Part shown: positions 58,305-64,000 of the stretch, piece after piece
Layout of the letters: the number at the start of each line of letters is the position of its first letter
How positions within the stretch are numbered: position 1 is the stretch's first letter
Assembly: GCA_033720355.1 (NCBI GenBank)
Contig: JAWWCR010000002.1
Coordinates: 4,267-68,266, forward strand
DNA length: 64,000 nt
Direction: 5' to 3'
Origin: Gemmatimonadota bacterium
GTDB taxonomy: Bacteria; Gemmatimonadota; Gemmatimonadetes; Palauibacterales; Palauibacteraceae
Translations under genes and position numbers: made by a program
Notes under the pieces: model-generated
What the model saw: the letters and a program-made list of their open reading frames with translations, nothing else
The model's database searches: none
Told to the model about the DNA's origin: nothing

Positions 58305-59966
58305 TCAGCCCGCGCGGCTCGGGAGGATCACGCCGATTCGTGTACCCTTACCCACGCGGCTGTCCAGCGCGATCTCCCCACCGTGCGCGTGCGCGATACG
58401 GTTGCATATGGCAAGGCCCAGACCGGTTCCCTCGGCCTTCGTCGAGTAGAACGGCTCGAAGACGCGCGCCGCCGTTTCCTCTGGCATCCCGGGCCCGTTG
58501 TCGGCGATAGCGACCCTCGCCCTACCCTCCCCGACCGCGAGCGACACCTCCACTCGCGCCCCCGGCGCCCCGGGCTCGAACGCCTGAGCCGCGTTGAGCA
58601 GGAGATTGAGAAAGAGCTGTTCGAGCGCGTTGGCGTCTCCGCGGATCATGACCCCCGTGCCGTCGGCCACATCGACCGCGAGCGCGATCCCGCGCTGTTC
58701 ATACTCCGGGCGAACCGTTCGCACGGCGGCCCGCAGCGGACCCCGGAGGTCGAGCAGTTCGCCCCGTACCTCGCCACTGCGCGCGAGACGCAGAGCCCCC
58801 TCCATCGTCTCGTTCAGGCGATCGACCTGGCGGAGCGACCGCGCGAGCAGCGAGCCGATACGGGTGTCCGCCCCCGCTTCCGATCTGGCCCTCTGGAGAT
58901 CGATCCGCACCGACGTGAGCGGATTCCGCACCTCGTGGGCGAGGGTCACCGCGAACTCGCCCGCCGCGGCCATCGCTTCCTGCTGCGAGAGCCGGCGAAG
59001 GGTCGCACGCAATCCGGCCGTCATCGAGTTGAAGGCTCGGGCCACCCGGCCGACTTCGTCGCGTCCCGACACGTCCACGCGACGGTCGAGCTCCCCCGCC
59101 GCGACGGCGTCAGCCGCCACCGCGAGGTCCTCCAGGGATGCGGTGAGCCGTTTCGTGAGCAGCCCGAGGGAGATCGCCCCGGCCACCAGGACCGCGAGGA
59201 GCGACAGCACGCCGGTCCGGGCGGAGCGCCGGAACGGATCGACGTAGATGGCCGTCGGGGCCGCGATCGCGAGTTCGATGGGAAGACCGTCGACCCTCCG
59301 CCTCAGCCCGATCCAGTCAGCACCCTCGATCGCGAACGGCCCGTTGACCAGGGCCTCCGCGTCGACCGGCGTCGGCAGCAGGCTGTGCCCGGACCGTACG
59401 TCGAACACGGTGAACACGGCGCCGGGGACGATCGTGATCGGCACGTCGAGGGACAGGAGGCTCTCGACTTCCAGGTGGGCGTCGAGAGCGCCCAGCCGAC
59501 TCCCGTTCGACGGGTCGACGATTGGAAGCTCGAGGCGCACCGACGGGACGGCGGGGGCAGCAGGATCGCCGGACTCGATCGCCACTTCGTGGCCCGACGC
59601 GTCGGAACGAAAGCTCCACGGGATACGCCCCTGCGTATCCCGGTAGGAGAGGAGGGCGAGCTCGGACCGCATCTGGCTGTAGGCTTCGGCGAGGTAGACC
59701 GCGGCGTCGGCTCGAGCGGCGGGATCCGGGTCCCGGAGGGCGTCGACGACCGCGGCGTTCTCGGCGAGGAGAAGCAGGTCGCCGCGCCGGTAGGGCCACC
59801 ACCGATCGACTTCGGCCACCTTTCCCGACAGAGCCTCCTCCAGCTGCCCTCGCAGGAGGTCCTCCCCGGCACTCGTCGCCCCACGCGTCAGCTGCAGGCC
59901 GACGAGGCCCATCGGAACGATGGCCGTGAGAAACGCCACGATCAGGAACTTCACTCGTACCGGCAC
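58305..59966 (-). CDS. sensor histidine kinase with periplasmic sensing domain (TM - periplasmic - TM - HAMP - HisKA - HATPase)
   Basis: GTG 59966. TM1 FLIVAFLTAIVPMGLVGL. TM2 VLSLLAVLVAGAISLGLL. H-box LAHEVRNPLTSV. N/G boxes LLNLLLNAAQAF, DNGPGMP, GTGLGLAI. Confidence 0.85.
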   Translation of the reverse strand: MPVRVKFLIVAFLTAIVPMGLVGLQLTRGATSAGEDLLRGQLEEALSGKVAEVDRWWPYRRGDLLLLAENAAVVDALRDPDPAARADAAVYLAEAYSQMRSELALLSYRDTQGRIPWSFRSDASGHEVAIESGDPAAPAVPSVRLELPIVDPSNGSRLGALDAHLEVESLLSLDVPITIVPGAVFTVFDVRSGHSLLPTPVDAEALVNGPFAIEGADWIGLRRRVDGLPIELAIAAPTAIYVDPFRRSARTGVLSLLAVLVAGAISLGLLTKRLTASLEDLAVAADAVAAGELDRRVDVSGRDEVGRVARAFNSMTAGLRATLRRLSQQEAMAAAGEFAVTLAHEVRNPLTSVRIDLQRARSEAGADTRIGSLLARSLRQVDRLNETMEGALRLARSGEVRGELLDLRGPLRAAVRTVRPEYEQRGIALAVDVADGTGVMIRGDANALEQLFLNLLLNAAQAFEPGAPGARVEVSLAVGEGRARVAIADNGPGMPEETAARVFEPFYSTKAEGTGLGLAICNRIAHAHGGEIALDSRVGKGTRIGVILPSRAG

Positions 59967-60063
59967 TGACAGCGCCCTTCGCCGGGGTTCGTGTTGAGTA
60001 TGTCCCCGCCGGCGCTACACTACCAGATCGATGTGCGCGGAAGCGGAACGCGGCGACGCCGCC

Positions 60064-60414
60064 TCAGAACGGCAGATCGGCGTCGAGGTCGTCGTCGGTG
60101 AGTGGGGGCGGGCTTTCGCCCGTACCGCCCGAGCCGGCCGCTTCCGCCTCGCGCTCGACGCGCCAGGCCTTGACGTCCGTGTACCAGCGGCCGTTGTACT
60201 CGCGGCTGCGGAGGTCTATGTGAGCGGTGAGCGTCTCGCCTTCCGAGACGCCGAACTTCTCGATGTTCTCGCCCCACTGCGTGATGCAGATCTGAGCCGG
60301 GTATTCGCCTTCGGTCTCGAGGATGAAGTCCTGCTTGCGCCAGGGCCCGTTGCGGCCGGTTCCCGACTGCTCCTCGAGAATGTCCGTGACCCGTCCCGTG
60401 ATCTTCAGTGACAC
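60064..60414 (-). CDS. small OB-fold-like protein (DUF3127-like) ending in an SSB-like acidic tail ...DDDLDADLPF
   Basis: GTG 60414 preceded by GGGAGG with a 5-nt spacer. MSLKITGRVTDILEEQSGTGRNGPWRKQDFILE...; C-terminus DDDLDADLPF. The track ORF start at 61365 is an artefact. Confidence 0.6.
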   Translation of the reverse strand: MSLKITGRVTDILEEQSGTGRNGPWRKQDFILETEGEYPAQICITQWGENIEKFGVSEGETLTAHIDLRSREYNGRWYTDVKAWRVEREAEAAGSGGTGESPPPLTDDDLDADLPF

Positions 60415-60612
60415 ATCGGCCTCCCACTGCCTTGATTCGGGTGTCTCGCCGTCAGGTGGACCGTCAGGATGGCGGCCGGCTCCCTCGCTGAAAAGTGACG
60501 GCGTCCGACCGGCCACGACGCGTCGCCGGACCTCCGCCGCGTCACCGCTTCGACAGGTGCGCCCACCACTACCCCGATTGCGGCCGGCGACCGCCCTCCC
60601 GATTCTGCTGAC

Positions 60613-61452
60613 ATGTCTACCGCCACCCTCACCATCCGCTCCGTCACACCGGTGATCGGCGCCGAGATCGCCGGGGTCGACCTCGGCGATCTCGATGACT
60701 CGACCTTTCGGGCGATCCGCGACGCGCTGATGACCCACGGCGTGATCTTCTTCCACGACCAGGAAATCTCGATCGAGAGCCAGAAGGCCTTCGGCGCGCG
60801 GTTCGGAGAGCTCGTCGCGCACCCCAACGACCCGGGCGCGGAGGGCCACCCGGAGGTCATGATCATCCACGCGGACGAGGGCTCGAAACGCGTCGCGGGC
60901 GAAATGTGGCACACGGACGTTTCGTGCGACCCGGTCCCGCCGATGGGTTCGATCCTGCGGCTCCACACGGTCCCCGAATGCGGCGGCGACACGCTGTTCG
61001 CCAGCATGTACGCCGCGTACGACGCCCTCTCGGACCGCATGAAGGAGCTGCTCGAGGATCTGACCGCCGTCCACGATGGCGGTCCGTATTATCGGGCCGT
61101 CAACCGGCTGATCGGACGCGATGATGGGGGACGGACGTACCCCTCGGCCGAACATCCCGTGATCCGGGTGCACCCCGAGACCGGGCGACGCGCGCTCTTC
61201 GTGAACTCGATGTTCACGGTCGGCATCGTCGGTTTGCCGAAGCTCGAGAGCGATGCGCTTCTCGACTTCCTCTTCGCACACGTACAGCGACCCGACTTCC
61301 AGTGCCGCTTCCGCTGGCGCCCGAATTCGGTGGCGTTCTGGGACAACCGATGCACCCAGCACCACGCCATTTGGGACTACTGGCCCGCGACCCGCTCGGG
61401 GTATCGGGTCACGGTACGCGGCGAGCGTCCGGTCGGTCCGGACTCCGGCTGA
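60613..61452 (+). CDS. TauD/TfdA-family Fe(II)/2-oxoglutarate-dependent dioxygenase
   Basis: WHTDVSCDPVPPMGSILRLHTVPECGGDTLFASM (HxD...H facial triad context) and C-terminal RVTV. Confidence 0.85.
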   Translation: MSTATLTIRSVTPVIGAEIAGVDLGDLDDSTFRAIRDALMTHGVIFFHDQEISIESQKAFGARFGELVAHPNDPGAEGHPEVMIIHADEGSKRVAGEMWHTDVSCDPVPPMGSILRLHTVPECGGDTLFASMYAAYDALSDRMKELLEDLTAVHDGGPYYRAVNRLIGRDDGGRTYPSAEHPVIRVHPETGRRALFVNSMFTVGIVGLPKLESDALLDFLFAHVQRPDFQCRFRWRPNSVAFWDNRCTQHHAIWDYWPATRSGYRVTVRGERPVGPDSG

Positions 61453-61485
61453 GGCCGGGGCCTGTCGCGGGCCGACGCGGACCGA

Positions 61486-61902
61486 TCAGGCCCAGCCGAG
61501 CTGCCGCAGGCTCACCCCGTCGTGCCAGATCTTCGTCATGTGGCGGATCCGGTCGCCGTCGAAGTCCATGACGTAGACGTAGTCGGCCTCGACGCTGTTG
61601 CCCGTCGGCGGGACCGGTCCGCCCTCCTCGGTGTGCGTGGCGCGGAAGACGCCGTACGCCGCCACGTTCCCGCGGTCCTCGTCGACGGCGAACGACCGGA
61701 TCTCGTAATTCCCATCCGGACAGGGCGCCGACAACCCCTTCATCCACTCCGTGTACGCCTCGAGCGTGACGACGTCCTGGAGGACATCGGCCTGGGAAGC
61801 GAACGACGCGTCGGGGTGGCAGTACTCGCGGCACCCCTCCCACCCCTTTCCGGTCTCGCAGGCATCGAAGAACTGCATGGCGGTCTGCTTCATGGACGAC
61901 AT
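61486..61902 (-). CDS. NTF2-like / SnoaL-like small protein
   Basis: ATG 61902 with GGAG upstream. 138 aa: MSSMKQTAMQFFDACETGKGW...YVYVMDFDGDRIRHMTKIW. Typical cone-shaped alpha+beta NTF2-fold pattern. Confidence 0.6.
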   Translation of the reverse strand: MSSMKQTAMQFFDACETGKGWEGCREYCHPDASFASQADVLQDVVTLEAYTEWMKGLSAPCPDGNYEIRSFAVDEDRGNVAAYGVFRATHTEEGGPVPPTGNSVEADYVYVMDFDGDRIRHMTKIWHDGVSLRQLGWA

Positions 61903-62212
61903 CTGGAAGGCTCCGTATCGATGTGGACGTCTGTCGATCCCGGTCGCTCCGAAAGGGAGCGGACGCGATCGCATTCGGGTCGTCAGCCGAAGGTCCGACC
62001 CGTACCGCGATCCGTCAACGGCCGTCGGTCCGAGCGGCAGCTCGTCCCCATGACGACCGCGCGGCGACCCCTCGACGAGCTGGCCGACACGCTGGGGAAG
62101 GACTTCGAGGTCGTGCGCTATCCAGACCGGCGACCACGGACACCGAGTCGGGAGCCGGCATCCCGTGAGGGGACGACGCGGGGTCCTGGCTCGGGGGCCG
62201 TGAGGCTCGGCG

Positions 62213-63118
62213 TTAGAAGCGGTCCAGCGCCATCCTCGCCGTCGCCGCGTGGATCGCCACCGTGTCGGCATGGTCGAACGCGTACCCGCCCGCCAGACAG
62301 ACCGCGACCGGGATGTCGCGCGCCGCGAGCGCCTCGTACACGCGGTCGTCGCGGGCGGCCAGACCCTCCAGGGTGAGCTCGAGACCGCCGAGCTGATCCT
62401 CGCGGTAGGGGTCGGCGCCGGCCAGGTAAATCGCCAGATCGGGGCGGTGTGCGTCGAGCGCGGCCGGCAGGTGCCGGTCGAGGAGAGCGAGGTACTCCTC
62501 GTCGCGGGTGCCGTCCTCGAGCCCGACGTCGAGGTCGCCGGGCGGCCTGGGCCACGGGTAGTTCCGCTCCTGGTGGAAGGAGAGGGTGAAGACGGCCGGC
62601 TCGCCGGCGAAGATCGCCGCGGTGCCGTTCCCATGGTGGACGTCGAGGTCGATGATGATCGCACGCTCGATCACCCTGTCGCGCCGAAGAGCCTGCACCG
62701 CCACCGCGACGTCGTTGATGGCGCAGAAGCCCTCGCCGTGGTCCGCGAAGGCGTGGTGGAACCCGCCGCCGAGGTGGACGGCGGCTCCGGCCTCCACCGC
62801 CAGCCGGGCGGCGAGCGTCGTCCCGCCGGCGCACAGCATCGACGCCTCGACCAGACCCGCCGACCAGGGCACTTCGAGCTGCAACCGCTGGGACGGCGTC
62901 AGATCCCCGGCCGAAAACGCGTCCACCCATGCGGGAGTATGCACGAGCCGGATATCCTCCCTGCTCGCGGGCTCGGGCCGGTGCAGGGTCGCGCGCTCGA
63001 GGGCACCCTCGTCGCGCAGCCGATCGAGCACGAGCCGGAACTTCGCCGTCTGGAAGACGTGCAGTCCGAGATCGACCTCGTACGCCTCGTGCCACCCGAT
63101 GGGGAGCCGGTTCGTCAT
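62213..63118 (-). CDS. histone-deacetylase-family (AcuC/HDAC-like) deacetylase
   Basis: HDAC motifs GGGFHHA, IIDLDVHHGNGT, YLAGADPY. ATG 63118 shares its CATG with the divergent nfo start. Confidence 0.85.
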   Translation of the reverse strand: MTNRLPIGWHEAYEVDLGLHVFQTAKFRLVLDRLRDEGALERATLHRPEPASREDIRLVHTPAWVDAFSAGDLTPSQRLQLEVPWSAGLVEASMLCAGGTTLAARLAVEAGAAVHLGGGFHHAFADHGEGFCAINDVAVAVQALRRDRVIERAIIIDLDVHHGNGTAAIFAGEPAVFTLSFHQERNYPWPRPPGDLDVGLEDGTRDEEYLALLDRHLPAALDAHRPDLAIYLAGADPYREDQLGGLELTLEGLAARDDRVYEALAARDIPVAVCLAGGYAFDHADTVAIHAATARMALDRF

Positions 63119-64000
63119 GGAGGACCATCCTGAGCAGGCGGAGGCGCTCGCGCCACGCCGCGAACCCGACGAGCTGGGCGCGCACGTCTCGGCGGCCGGC
63201 GGAGTGGACAACGCGCCCGGCCGGGCCGCCGAGATCGGCTGCGTCTGTCTGCAGCTCTTCACGAAGCAGCCCAGCCGCTGGGCCGAGCCCACGATCGATG
63301 CCGACACCGCTGCCGCATGCGCCCGCGCACGCGAGGAGCACGGGATCCGCGTGGCGGCCAGCCACGATTCCTACCTGATCAACCTCTCGTCGCCGGATTC
63401 CATGCTGTGGAACCGCTCCCTCGGCTGCTTCGAAGGCGAGCTCCGGCGGTCGGCCGCCCTCCGGCTGGAGTTCCTCGTGACGCACCCGGGGAACGCGACG
63501 GATGGAGATCTGGACGCTGGAATCGCGCGCAACGCCGACGCGCTCACCCACGCGCTCGAACGCGTCGCGGGAGGGACAATGGTGCTACTCGAGCTGACGG
63601 CCGGGTCCGGTACCTCGGTCGGCGGCTCCTTCGAGCGGCTCGCGTCGATCCTCGAGCACATCCCGCGCGATCCGGCCCGAAGAGTCGGCGTCTGTGTCGA
63701 CACCTGTCACGCGTACGCCGCCGGGTACGACCTGGCGGAGGACTGGGACGGCGTGTGGGCGCGCTTCGACGATGCGATCGGGCTCGACCGCCTCCGGCTC
63801 TTCCACGTGAACGATTCGAAGACGCCGCTCGGCTCGCGTCGGGACCGTCACGAGCATCTCGGGCGGGGGACGCTCGGTGTGGAGCCTTTCCGGCGGCTCA
63901 TGAACGACGAGCGGTTCGCCGGCATCCCCAAGCTCCTCGAGACGCCGAAGGAGGGGGACCCGCTCAAGTACGACGTCATGAACCTCGACTTCCTCAGGGG
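63117..64000 (+). CDS. nfo: endonuclease IV (AP endonuclease family 2), 3'-truncated by window end
   Basis: Frame-0 ORF from ATG 63117, open to the end of the window. HDSYLINLSSPD, LVTHPG, VLLELTAGSGTSVG, CVDTCHAYAAGYD, LFHVNDSK match Nfo metal-site motifs. Confidence 0.85.
   Translation, partial: MEDHPEQAEALAPRREPDELGAHVSAAGGVDNAPGRAAEIGCVCLQLFTKQPSRWAEPTIDADTAAACARAREEHGIRVAASHDSYLINLSSPDSMLWNRSLGCFEGELRRSAALRLEFLVTHPGNATDGDLDAGIARNADALTHALERVAGGTMVLLELTAGSGTSVGGSFERLASILEHIPRDPARRVGVCVDTCHAYAAGYDLAEDWDGVWARFDDAIGLDRLRLFHVNDSKTPLGSRRDRHEHLGRGTLGVEPFRRLMNDERFAGIPKLLETPKEGDPLKYDVMNLDFLR

Noticed and set aside
1-64000. Search for CRISPR arrays, insertion sequences, integrases, phage genes, rRNA/tRNA
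   Set aside because: No regularly spaced direct repeats. No transposase, integrase or phage-like ORFs. No rRNA-like or tRNA-like stretches. The window appears to be stable chromosomal sequence.

Overview
This 64 kb window is about 70% GC and densely coding. It contains no rRNA, tRNA, CRISPR, transposase or integrase. Gene content (ADOP-type FtsX permease, SusC/SusD-like pair, sortilin/BNR hydrolases, PEGA-containing Ser/Thr kinase, many lipoproteins) points to a Gemmatimonadota- or Acidobacteriota-like Gram-negative genome; that is inference, not a search result. Because stop codons are rare at this GC, the ORF track shows many long antisense or fused ORFs that are artefacts. Where I read the sequence and found an internal ATG/GTG/TTG with a Shine-Dalgarno-like element, I used that start instead.

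Four blocks are of interest:

1. Bases 1-7949: a tightly coupled FHA / Ser-Thr kinase / PP2C / FHA module. It follows what looks like the 3' end of a tssM (icmF)-like gene, so it may be a type VI secretion threonine-phosphorylation regulatory module. A small effector-like GxSxG hydrolase sits convergent to it at 7974-8609.

2. 40.4-45.1 kb: a pat-like (acyl-CoA synthetase + GNAT) / archease / rtcB operon, with the pat-like stop overlapping the archease start.

3. 47.9-60.0 kb: a minus-strand locus of sensor kinase - PD40 beta-propeller - sigma-54 response regulator - SusC-like TonB receptor - SusD-like lipoprotein - lipoprotein - BNR protein. The regulator gene is embedded between the structural genes with ATGA overlaps.

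4. 28.9-39.2 kb: a cluster of envelope and secreted proteins (MscS, S1 protease, OmpA-like, subtilase, several lipoproteins) with an unusual 500-bp regulatory intergenic region at 35.0-35.5 kb.

The remainder is housekeeping: GDH, Zn-ADH, amidase, two beta-lactamase-fold hydrolases, TauD, HDAC-like deacetylase, endonuclease IV, and AraC and LysR regulators.
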